Both the position numbers and the translations under genes were made by a program. Shown here one piece after another: positions 1-8,073 of a stretch of DNA of 64,000 bases. Under the pieces are notes generated by a model that worked only from the letters and a program-made list of their open reading frames with translations, did not search any database and was not told the DNA's origin. Origin of the DNA: Bacilli bacterium. GTDB taxonomy: Bacteria; Bacillota_I; Bacilli_A; RF39; UBA660. The first letter of the stretch is position 1. The number at the start of each line of letters is the position of its first letter. The stretch spans positions 55,383-119,382 of the forward strand of contig JAFUBO010000006.1 of NCBI GenBank assembly GCA_017460175.1, read 5' to 3'.

Positions 1-2430
1 GCAAATCAAGTAATGGATTTAGAAGAAGAATATTCCAAATTAACAGATACTGAATTGCAAAATAAAACACAAGAATTTAAAGATAGATTAAATAATGGAG
101 AAACACTAGATGATATCTTAGTAGAAGCTTTTGCTACTGCTAGAGAAGCATCTTGGAGAGTTATTGGAGAAAAACATTTCTATGTACAAATTCTAGGTGG
201 TCTAGCTATACATTATGGTAATATAGCTGAAATGAAAACAGGAGAAGGAAAAACATTAACTTCAGTACTTCCAGCATATTTAAATGCTTTAACAGGAGAA
301 GGTGTACATATTATCACTGTTAATGAATATCTTGCTTGCCGTGATGCTGAATGGATGGGAGGAATTCATAAATTCTTAGGATTAACAGTTGGTGTTAATA
401 GAAGAGATATGAATCCGGAAGAAAAACAAGAAGCATATAACTGTGATATTTTATATTCTACTAATAATGAAATAGGCTTTGATTACTTAAGAGACAACAT
501 GGTAGTAAGAAAAGAAGATAGAGTACAAAGAAAACTAAACTTTGCTATTATCGATGAAGTTGACTCAGTATTAATAGATGAAGCTAGAACACCATTAATT
601 ATATCTGGAGGAGAAATGGCTAATGCAAATCTTTATATACAAGCAGATCGTTATGCAAAAAGCCTAAAAGAAGATAAAGACTTTATTTATGATGAAAAAA
701 CTAAAAGCGTTAATTTAACAGAAGCAGGAACAGATAAAGCAGAAGCAATGTTCCATGTAAATAACTTATATGATATTAACAACTCAACATTATTACATTT
801 TATAAATCAAGCATTACGTGCAAATTATTCAATGAAAAATGATGTAGATTACGTAGTACAAGATGGGGAAGTAGTAATAGTAGATCAATTTACAGGACGT
901 TTAATGAAGGGTAGAGCATACTCTGATGGACTTCACCAAGCAATAGAAGCAAAAGAAGGAGTTAATATTAATCAAGAAACAAAAACCCTTGCGACTATTA
1001 CATTCCAAAACTTATTCAGAATGTATAAAAAATTATCAGGTATGACTGGTACCGCTAAAACAGAAGAAGAAGAATTTAGAAATATCTATAATATGTATGT
1101 TATAGAAATACCAACTAATAAACCAGTAATACGTATTGATGCACCAGACTTAGTATATGCAACTAAAGAAGCAAAATATAAGGCAATTATTGAATTTGTA
1201 AAAGAAAAATACGAAAAAGGACAACCAGTTCTTATTGGTACTATCGCAATTGAGACCAGTGAATTAATAAGTCACTTACTAAAACAAGCAAAAATACCAC
1301 ATGAAGTACTAAATGCTAAAAACCATGAAAGAGAAGCAGAAATAATTTCAAAAATCGGTCTTAATAAATCAGTAACAATCGCTACTAATATGGCTGGTCG
1401 TGGTACTGATATTAAACTATCAGATGAGATTAGAGATTTAGGAGGACTATGTGTAGTTGGTACAGAACGTCATGAATCACGTCGTATCGATAACCAATTA
1501 CGTGGTCGTTCAGGACGTCAAGGAGATCCAGGATACACTCAATTCTTTGTATCAATGAAAGATGATTTAATGGTAAGATTTGGTTCAGACAGAATTGGAA
1601 CAATGATGCAATCTATGGGTCTAGGAGATCAAGCAATTCAATCTAAAACATTTACTAAATCTATTGGTACTGCTCAAAAACGTGTAGAAGGAAATAACTT
1701 TGATATACGTAAAAACTTACTACAATATGATGATGTAATGAATAATCAAAGAGAAATTATTTATAATAAGAGAAATCAAATTTTAGATAATGAATCTATC
1801 CATGAAATGGTTTTAACTACTTTCCGTCATCATATAGAAGATTTAGTAAAATCACACTTAGTACCTGAAGGCTATTTAACAGAAGATGATTATAAAGATA
1901 TAAGAGAATTTGCTAATGAAAATCTCTTAAAAAAAGATGTTAAATTAAAAGATATTCAAAATAAATCAGTAGAAGATTTAATAGATTATCTATCTAAAGC
2001 AGTAATTAATGAATATGAAGATAAGTTAAAAGATATACCACAAGAAGTAACAGAAGAATTTGAAAAAGTAATTACTCTTCAAGTATTAGATAACTATTGG
2101 ATGGAACAAATCAATACAATGTCTCATTTAAGAGAAGGTATTCACTTAAGAGGATATGCTCAAGAAGATCCATTAAGAGCTTATACAATGGAAGGATTCG
2201 ATTTATTTGATTCTATGTTGCAAAAAATAGATAAAGATGTATCAATCTTCCTATTAAAAGCAGAAATAAGACAAAACATTGAAAGAAAACCACAAGAAAA
2301 GAAATTACTAACTAATGATACAGAAGAAAAACCAGTAAAAAAGAAACCTATTAAAAAACAAAAAATAGGTAGAAACGATCCATGTCCATGTGGCTCAGGG
2401 AAAAAATACAAACAATGTTGTGGTAAGTAG
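1..2430 (+). CDS. secA: Preprotein translocase SecA (5'-truncated by window edge)
   Basis: MKTGEGKT Walker A, DEVDSVLIDEAR, ATNMAGRGTDI, C-terminal SEC-C motif GRNDPCPCGSGKKYKQCC; frame is open from base 1. Confidence 0.99.
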   Translation, partial: ANQVMDLEEEYSKLTDTELQNKTQEFKDRLNNGETLDDILVEAFATAREASWRVIGEKHFYVQILGGLAIHYGNIAEMKTGEGKTLTSVLPAYLNALTGEGVHIITVNEYLACRDAEWMGGIHKFLGLTVGVNRRDMNPEEKQEAYNCDILYSTNNEIGFDYLRDNMVVRKEDRVQRKLNFAIIDEVDSVLIDEARTPLIISGGEMANANLYIQADRYAKSLKEDKDFIYDEKTKSVNLTEAGTDKAEAMFHVNNLYDINNSTLLHFINQALRANYSMKNDVDYVVQDGEVVIVDQFTGRLMKGRAYSDGLHQAIEAKEGVNINQETKTLATITFQNLFRMYKKLSGMTGTAKTEEEEFRNIYNMYVIEIPTNKPVIRIDAPDLVYATKEAKYKAIIEFVKEKYEKGQPVLIGTIAIETSELISHLLKQAKIPHEVLNAKNHEREAEIISKIGLNKSVTIATNMAGRGTDIKLSDEIRDLGGLCVVGTERHESRRIDNQLRGRSGRQGDPGYTQFFVSMKDDLMVRFGSDRIGTMMQSMGLGDQAIQSKTFTKSIGTAQKRVEGNNFDIRKNLLQYDDVMNNQREIIYNKRNQILDNESIHEMVLTTFRHHIEDLVKSHLVPEGYLTEDDYKDIREFANENLLKKDVKLKDIQNKSVEDLIDYLSKAVINEYEDKLKDIPQEVTEEFEKVITLQVLDNYWMEQINTMSHLREGIHLRGYAQEDPLRAYTMEGFDLFDSMLQKIDKDVSIFLLKAEIRQNIERKPQEKKLLTNDTEEKPVKKKPIKKQKIGRNDPCPCGSGKKYKQCCGK
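2387..2398 (+). repeat. attL core CATGTGGCTCAG
   Basis: Identical to 13227-13238; lies in the P-C-G-S codons of the SEC-C motif, ~250 bp upstream of the integrase start. Confidence 0.85.
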
Positions 2431-2455
2431 TAGGAAATATAAGGGTTTACGAGGA

Positions 2456-2576
2456 TTTTGTCCACGTGAAAATTGACCGAAAATTGCCATTTGTCCACAT
2501 TTTGTCCACGTAAATTTAAAATTGTGGACAACAGGACAAAAAGTGTTGTGAAATTTAGTACACGTTTTGTGGACAA
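2456..2576. repeat. Left-arm integrase arm-type sites (TTGTCCAC / GTGGACAA repeats)
   Basis: TTTTGTCCACG 2456-2466, tandem TTTGTCCACATTTTGTCCAC 2490-2509, inverted TTGTGGACAA near 2522 and 2567; same motif at the right end. Confidence 0.75.
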
Positions 2577-2646
2577 TTTATAAAGATAAATGTCATCATT
2601 CGATGGCATTTTTTGTTTACCAATTTTAGAAAAGGAGAGTATAAAA

Positions 2647-3954
2647 ATGGTAAGCGTAAGAAAACGAGGAAAGGTATATGAATACCGATTTGAAACAGCT
2701 TCAGTTGATGGCACAAGGAAATGGATTACTAAATCTGGATTTCCAACAAGACAAGATGCATTAAATCAAGGTGCATTAGATTATACAGAATATTATAAGA
2801 TAGGAAGAGTTAGAAGAAATAAAGATATGTCATATTCTGATTACTTAGATTATTGGATTGATACTTATTGTAACTTTAATCTTAAATATTCAACTATTGT
2901 TACATACTTAAATATTATTAAGCTTTACTTAAAACCTATGTTAGGAAGATATGCACTATGGCAAATTGATTCTCAAATGTTACAAGAATTTATTAATAAA
3001 ATATTTGTAGAAAAGAATTTATCTAAATGGTATTTAAAAAACATAATGAAAGTAGTTAAAGGTTCATTAAGATATGCATGTTATTCAGTTAATTTTATAA
3101 ATGAAAATCCTGCTGAAAAAGTACATATTCCAAGATATGAAGTAGTATGTGGAGATCCAGCACATATATTTACACAAGAAGAAATAGAGAAAATATTAGA
3201 TAGATTTAAAGATGTTCCTTATATTTATTATTCTTTTTTAACTGCATATTACACAGGTATGAGAGTATCAGAAGTATATGGATTAACTTGGGATAATATT
3301 AATTTTGAAAAAAAGACTATAACTATTAATAAAAATATTATTAAAAAGAATAAGTATGGATTACCTAAAAGATATTGTATAAGTAAAGGACACTCTGTTG
3401 AGGTATGGAGTTATGGAACTTGTAAAAATCCTCAAAGTCAAAGAACAATATCTATAGGAGATACATTAGTCAAAGCATTAAAAGAATATAAGAAACTTCA
3501 AGAAGAAAATAAAGAATACTATGGCGAATCTTATCTAAAACATTATGAAAAAAGAATAATGAATGAATACACAAATAGACCTGAAATAAAAATAGTTGAT
3601 GCTAAGGCAGAAATAGAAGTAGATCTACCTGAAGCTAAATTAGTATTTGTAAGAGCTAATGGGGATTTTAGAGGAACTGAATCACCAAGACATGCATTTA
3701 AAGTTATTAATTATGAACTTGGAATACCTTGTAGATTTCATGATTTTAGAGATACTCATGCAACTAGATTAATAGAACAAGGTGCAGATATAAAAGCAGT
3801 ATCAAAAAGGCTAGGACATTCAACAATAATGACTACTTATAATATATATGTAAGGGTAACAAATAAAATGGAAACAGAAACAGTTAATAAATTTGAAGAT
3901 TATGCTAATACTTTAGATATTCCACCTGTACAAGACATAGAATATCAAGATTAG
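2647..3954 (+). CDS. Tyrosine integrase 1 (arm-binding N-domain, SAM-like domain, catalytic domain)
   Basis: RBS AAAGGAG then ATG 2647; TGMRVSE (R), HDFRDTHAT (HxxR), LGHS, TYNIY (Y); N-terminal KRGKVYEYRF...KSGFPTRQDA. Confidence 0.95.
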   Translation: MVSVRKRGKVYEYRFETASVDGTRKWITKSGFPTRQDALNQGALDYTEYYKIGRVRRNKDMSYSDYLDYWIDTYCNFNLKYSTIVTYLNIIKLYLKPMLGRYALWQIDSQMLQEFINKIFVEKNLSKWYLKNIMKVVKGSLRYACYSVNFINENPAEKVHIPRYEVVCGDPAHIFTQEEIEKILDRFKDVPYIYYSFLTAYYTGMRVSEVYGLTWDNINFEKKTITINKNIIKKNKYGLPKRYCISKGHSVEVWSYGTCKNPQSQRTISIGDTLVKALKEYKKLQEENKEYYGESYLKHYEKRIMNEYTNRPEIKIVDAKAEIEVDLPEAKLVFVRANGDFRGTESPRHAFKVINYELGIPCRFHDFRDTHATRLIEQGADIKAVSKRLGHSTIMTTYNIYVRVTNKMETETVNKFEDYANTLDIPPVQDIEYQD

Positions 3955-3973
3955 TCATTCCCTAAATAAGGAA

Positions 3974-4001
3974 TTGACAAATTTTTAAAAAGTGATAATA
4001 T
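3974..4001 (+). promoter_or_regulatory. Putative sigma-A promoter
   Basis: TTGACA, 16 bp, TAATAT upstream of the small ORF. Confidence 0.5.
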
Positions 4002-4046
4002 ATATAACCAATGAAAGAGGTATTCTCTAGAAATGGAGGTACAGCT

Positions 4047-4112
4047 ATGAAAAAACAATCGAAATTAGTAAATCTTTATAATGAATTATTTAGAGGTGTC
4101 GGTAGTATTTAA
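4047..4112 (+). CDS. 21-aa small ORF, putative leader peptide (MKKQSKLVNLYNELFRGVGSI)
   Basis: Strong RBS GGAGGT 6 nt upstream of ATG; 3' end overlaps a terminator stem. Confidence 0.55.
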   Translation: MKKQSKLVNLYNELFRGVGSI

Positions 4113-4140
4113 ACACTTTAATACTATTGACACCTTTTTT
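4094..4140 (+). terminator. Intrinsic terminator / attenuator
   Basis: AGGTGTCGGTAGTATT pairs with AATACTATTGACACCT (two G-U pairs), followed by a T-tract. Confidence 0.75.
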
Positions 4141-4168
4141 CGTAGTATTTAGAAGTAAGGGTGGTAAA

Positions 4169-4792
4169 ATGATTAAAGTAAAGGATGGTAAATTACAAGC
4201 TGAATTATTAGATAATAAAGGAACATTATCTAACAAAATAATTGAACAATATGATTATATTGAACTAAAAAATGATTTTGCTGAAATAGTAGATATATTA
4301 TCTACAAATATGTTAGTTCATGCGATGTATCAAGAAGCATTGAAATATGAAATAACTGAAGACTTAGAGTTTAAAATCTTTATTGATGAAAATGTTAAAG
4401 ATTATACAATGACCTATGATTTTGCTACTAATTATACGTATTTTTCTAAAACTAATACTAGTCTAATCACATTAGATAGAAAGAACTATGATAGATCTAT
4501 AGAAATGTGTATGATTCTTTTAAAAAAAGTGAAAGCATCTTATGATAAATTAAATGAAGTAGAAAAGTTTATAATTAAATCATTAGAATTTGATAATCCA
4601 CCCGAAACTGATGAAGAATTAATGGATAGATTAATGACATATAAAAATGGTTATTATTTATCAAAGAAAAGTGCATATATTAAAATGGCATTACAATTGA
4701 ATATTAAAAATGTTGTAAAAAGAGAGAGAACAGATATAATAAAACAAGCAATGGCAGATGCTTGTATTGTTACAATTTCTGATAATAAATAA
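4169..4792 (+). CDS. ArpU/RinA-like transcriptional regulator (putative)
   Basis: C-terminal half YDKLNEVEKFIIK...DEELMDRL...YYLSKKSAYIKMALQL follows the ArpU-family pattern; start moved to ATG 4169 after AAGGGTGGT. Confidence 0.55.
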   Translation: MIKVKDGKLQAELLDNKGTLSNKIIEQYDYIELKNDFAEIVDILSTNMLVHAMYQEALKYEITEDLEFKIFIDENVKDYTMTYDFATNYTYFSKTNTSLITLDRKNYDRSIEMCMILLKKVKASYDKLNEVEKFIIKSLEFDNPPETDEELMDRLMTYKNGYYLSKKSAYIKMALQLNIKNVVKRERTDIIKQAMADACIVTISDNK

Positions 4793-4854
4793 TAATCGGA
4801 AATTAGTAATATTCCGTTCTTTATAGGTATAAATTTTTATACCTATTTTTTATG
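4791..4854 (+). repeat. Cassette-boundary unit copy 1: CGGAA-N10-TTCCG palindrome plus terminator
   Basis: AATAATCGGAAATTAGTAATATTCCG then ATAGGTATA/TATACCTAT hairpin and T-tract; related copy at 7123-7182. Confidence 0.7.
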
Positions 4855-4859
4855 CTTTA

Positions 4860-4888
4860 TTGACTAAACTAATTAGATTAGTTATAAT
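4860..4888 (+). promoter_or_regulatory. sigma-A promoter with overlapping palindromic TetR operator
   Basis: TTGACT-17-TATAAT; inverted repeat AACTAAT-tag-ATTAGTT at 4867-4883 in the spacer. Confidence 0.7.
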
Positions 4889-4915
4889 GATAATGTAATT
4901 AGTTAGGAGGATATT

Positions 4916-5488
4916 ATGGCAAGAAATAGTATTAGTGATGAGCTAATTATTGAAACATCTGCTAGACTTTCAAATAAAGTTGGATTAGATAATTTATCTT
5001 TAAAAATGATTGCTGAAGAATTGGATATAAAATCTCCATCTTTATATAACCATATTTCAAGTCTTGATGACATTAAAGAAAAACTAATGATTTATGGTTG
5101 GAAAGAATTGGGAGAAAAGGCAATTGATTCAGCAGTTGGTGTATCTGGTTATGATGCACTAAGAAAAATGTGTTATGCATTTTATGACTATACTACAAAT
5201 AACAAAGGTGTATTTCAAGCAATGCTTTGGTATAACAAATTTAAAAGTGATGAAATGGCAAATGCAACAATAAAAATATTTGGCATATTACATAAAATAT
5301 TAGAACCATTAAATATTAGTAGTAATAATGTAGAGCATATTATAAGAACTTTAAGAAGTTTTTTAGAAGGTTTTTCTTTATTGGTTAATAATAATTCATT
5401 TGGTAATCCAATATCTATTAAAGAAAGTTTTGATTTATCATTAGATATTATTATTAATGGAATAAAATCTTTGGAAGGAGTTAAATAA
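4916..5488 (+). CDS. TetR/AcrR family regulator
   Basis: N-terminal HTH GLDNLSLKMIAEELDIKSPSLYNH. Confidence 0.92.
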   Translation: MARNSISDELIIETSARLSNKVGLDNLSLKMIAEELDIKSPSLYNHISSLDDIKEKLMIYGWKELGEKAIDSAVGVSGYDALRKMCYAFYDYTTNNKGVFQAMLWYNKFKSDEMANATIKIFGILHKILEPLNISSNNVEHIIRTLRSFLEGFSLLVNNNSFGNPISIKESFDLSLDIIINGIKSLEGVK

Positions 5489-5489
5489 A

Positions 5490-6233
5490 ATGAATGAGTA
5501 TATTAATTTAAATGAAAAGAATATTGATGAAGAACATATTTGTTGTGCAATTGGTGATCCTAAACATCAAGATGGTGTTGATAAAAAGAAAGAATGGATT
5601 AAAAGCAAATTAAAAGATGGTCATGTATTTAGAAAGTTAAATGCAAGAGGTAAAATCTTTATTGAGTATGAGCCAATAGAAACTGCTTGGGTTCCTATCA
5701 ATGGTAAAAACTATATGCATATTTATTGCTTATGGGTAGCAGGTAGTTTTAAAGGAAAAGGTATTGGTAAAGAATTATTAGAATATGCTATTGAAGATGC
5801 TAAATCTAAAAAAATGAGTGGTGTTTGTACATTGGTATCACAAAAGAAAAAACCATTTATTGGAGATAAGAAATTTTTTGAACATTATGGCTTTAAAGTA
5901 GTAGATACAATCAATGATTATGAATTAATGGCATTACAATTTGATGATAAAGAAACACCTAAGTTTAGTGATAGTTGTAGAAAAATGGAAATAGATAACA
6001 AAGATTTTACTATTTATTATTCTAATGAATGTCCTTATGTAGAATATGAGGTTAAAGAATTATCAGATTATGCTAAAGATAAAGGTATTAAATTAAACTT
6101 CATAAAAATTGATTCATTAGAGAAAGCAAAAAATGCTCCATGTATATTTAATAACTGGGCTAATTTCTATAAAGGAAAATTTGTATCTAATACAATATTA
6201 AATGCAAATGCATTTGAGAAACTAATTAAATAG
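5490..6233 (+). CDS. GNAT acetyltransferase with YoaP-like C-terminal domain
   Basis: EHICCAI, CLWVAGSFKGKGIGKELL acetyl-CoA motif, C-terminal CPY thioredoxin-like segment. Confidence 0.85.
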   Translation: MNEYINLNEKNIDEEHICCAIGDPKHQDGVDKKKEWIKSKLKDGHVFRKLNARGKIFIEYEPIETAWVPINGKNYMHIYCLWVAGSFKGKGIGKELLEYAIEDAKSKKMSGVCTLVSQKKKPFIGDKKFFEHYGFKVVDTINDYELMALQFDDKETPKFSDSCRKMEIDNKDFTIYYSNECPYVEYEVKELSDYAKDKGIKLNFIKIDSLEKAKNAPCIFNNWANFYKGKFVSNTILNANAFEKLIK

Positions 6234-6234
6234 T

Positions 6235-7122
6235 ATGGAATTTGTAAAAGCAAAAACTATACTATCAAAAGTTAAATATGGTGCTGATTGGTATGGTATA
6301 GATTATAATATGAATCTTTATAGAGGTTGCTCTCATGGATGCATATATTGTGATAGTAGAAGTAATTGCTATCATATAGATAATTTTGATGTTCCTAAAG
6401 GAAAAGAAAATGCACTAGCAATATTGGAAAACGAATTATCTAAAAAGAAAGAAAAAGGTGTTGTAGGTATTGGATCAATGTCTGACACTTATAATCCTTT
6501 TGAAAAACAATATGAACAAACAAGAGGTGCATTAAAATTATTATCTAAATATAATTTTGGAGTTTCTATTGATACAAAAAGTGATTTAATATTAAGAGAT
6601 TTAGATATACTTAAAGAAATCAATTCAAAGAACAATGTAATAATTAAATTTACAATAACAACTCCTGATGATGAATTATCAAAAGTAATAGAACCTCGTG
6701 TATGTGTTTCATCAAAAAGATTTGAAGCAATTAAAACTTTAAATGATAATGGAATATTTACAGGGATAATGATGAATCCAGTATTACCGTTTATTACTGA
6801 TAATGAAGAAGATATTATAAAGTTAGTTGCACTAGCACATGAAAGTGGAGCTAAATTTATTCAAACATATATGGGAATGACTTTAAGAGAAAATCAAAGA
6901 GATTATTATTTTGAACAATTGGATAAACATTTTAAGGGATTAAAAGACAAATATATTAATTATTATGGAGAAAGATATAATTGTGCTGTTCCTAATTATA
7001 AATCATTATATAAAGTGTTTACTAATGAATGTGATAAATATGGAATACTTTATAATATGAAAGATATTATTAAAGCGTATAAAAAAGAAATAAAGGATAA
7101 TGAACAAATATCATTATTCTAG
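6235..7122 (+). CDS. Radical SAM protein, SplB/Rv2578c-like
   Basis: NLYRGCSHGCIYC (CxxxCxxC), GSMSDTY, TKSDLILRD; ends in QISLF. Confidence 0.88.
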   Translation: MEFVKAKTILSKVKYGADWYGIDYNMNLYRGCSHGCIYCDSRSNCYHIDNFDVPKGKENALAILENELSKKKEKGVVGIGSMSDTYNPFEKQYEQTRGALKLLSKYNFGVSIDTKSDLILRDLDILKEINSKNNVIIKFTITTPDDELSKVIEPRVCVSSKRFEAIKTLNDNGIFTGIMMNPVLPFITDNEEDIIKLVALAHESGAKFIQTYMGMTLRENQRDYYFEQLDKHFKGLKDKYINYYGERYNCAVPNYKSLYKVFTNECDKYGILYNMKDIIKAYKKEIKDNEQISLF

Positions 7123-7182
7123 AATGATCGGAAGATTAAGATATTCCGAACAAAGTGGGTAGAAATACCTGCTTTTTTTATG
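7123..7182 (+). repeat. Cassette-boundary unit copy 2: CGGAA-N10-TTCCG palindrome plus terminator
   Basis: AATGATCGGAAGATTAAGATATTCCG then GTGGGTA-GAAA-TACCTGC hairpin and T-tract. Confidence 0.7.
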
Positions 7183-7322
7183 TAGGAAAAATTTAGGAAT
7201 AATTATTATAGTTTTTTAGGATAAAAATAGAGAATTTTTTGACATGTTTTAAATAATCAATATTCGAGATAATGGTATTGAACAAAGGCCGATGTTCAGT
7301 AATTTGAAAGGAGATTAAAAAC

Positions 7323-7850
7323 ATGGAAGACTATATTGTAATTTATGCAGTAGTACCAAAACATATTTATGAAACAAAATTATTAACACCAGAAGAAAAA
7401 TTGATTGCTGAACGTATTATATACTTATGCAAAAAGGAAGGATATTGTTGGATAACAAATAAAAAACTTTCAGAAATGTATAATATAACAATAGAAACAG
7501 CTTCAAGGCATATTAAGAAATTAGAAAAGATAGGATTAATTAAATGTATTTATGATCACAATGATAAAAATACTAGAAGGGTTATTCAACTAGTTGATGA
7601 TATATGGGATAAATGGTCAACTAGAGATAAATCAAATAATCAAGAAGATATTGATTATTCAGTTAAACATAATAATAAATATAATAAAAGAAATAATTAT
7701 AAATATAATAGTGATAAATATGATAAAACACCAGTTCCTTGGTGGCTTAATGAAGATATTAAATCTGAACCTGCTACTCCTGAAGAACAAGCTGAAATGG
7801 AAAGAATGATAAGAGAGATTACTGGAGAGGATAGTGATTCAGATGAATGA
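7323..7850 (+). CDS. HTH protein resembling phage replication initiator N-terminus
   Basis: LTPEEKLI...GYCWITNKKLSEMYNITIETASRHIKKLEKIGLI winged-helix pattern, followed by an N/K-rich AT-rich linker. Confidence 0.65.
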   Translation: MEDYIVIYAVVPKHIYETKLLTPEEKLIAERIIYLCKKEGYCWITNKKLSEMYNITIETASRHIKKLEKIGLIKCIYDHNDKNTRRVIQLVDDIWDKWSTRDKSNNQEDIDYSVKHNNKYNKRNNYKYNSDKYDKTPVPWWLNEDIKSEPATPEEQAEMERMIREITGEDSDSDE

Positions 7851-8073
7851 TAAGTTAGTTTATACAGTTCATGAAGTATCGTCTATATTACATTCTAGTC
7901 CAAATTATATTTATGAATTAATTAAAAAAGGTTATTTACCTGCTATTAAATTAGGAAGTTTAAAAGTATTAAAATCTTCACTAGAAAGATTCTTAATTCA
8001 AAATGAAGGAAAAGATTTATCCAATTTATCTGATATTAAAAAGATAGTAATTGAGGTAGAAGTAAATGAGTAA
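7843..8073 (+). CDS. Excisionase-like HTH protein
   Basis: LVYTVHEVSSIL...YIYELIKKGYLPAIKLG (HTH_17 pattern); overlaps the second integrase start. Confidence 0.8.
   Translation: MNDKLVYTVHEVSSILHSSPNYIYELIKKGYLPAIKLGSLKVLKSSLERFLIQNEGKDLSNLSDIKKIVIEVEVNE

Noticed and set aside
2181-2714. 177-aa minus-strand ORF
   Set aside because: Antisense to secA, attL and the integrase start; no recognisable domain
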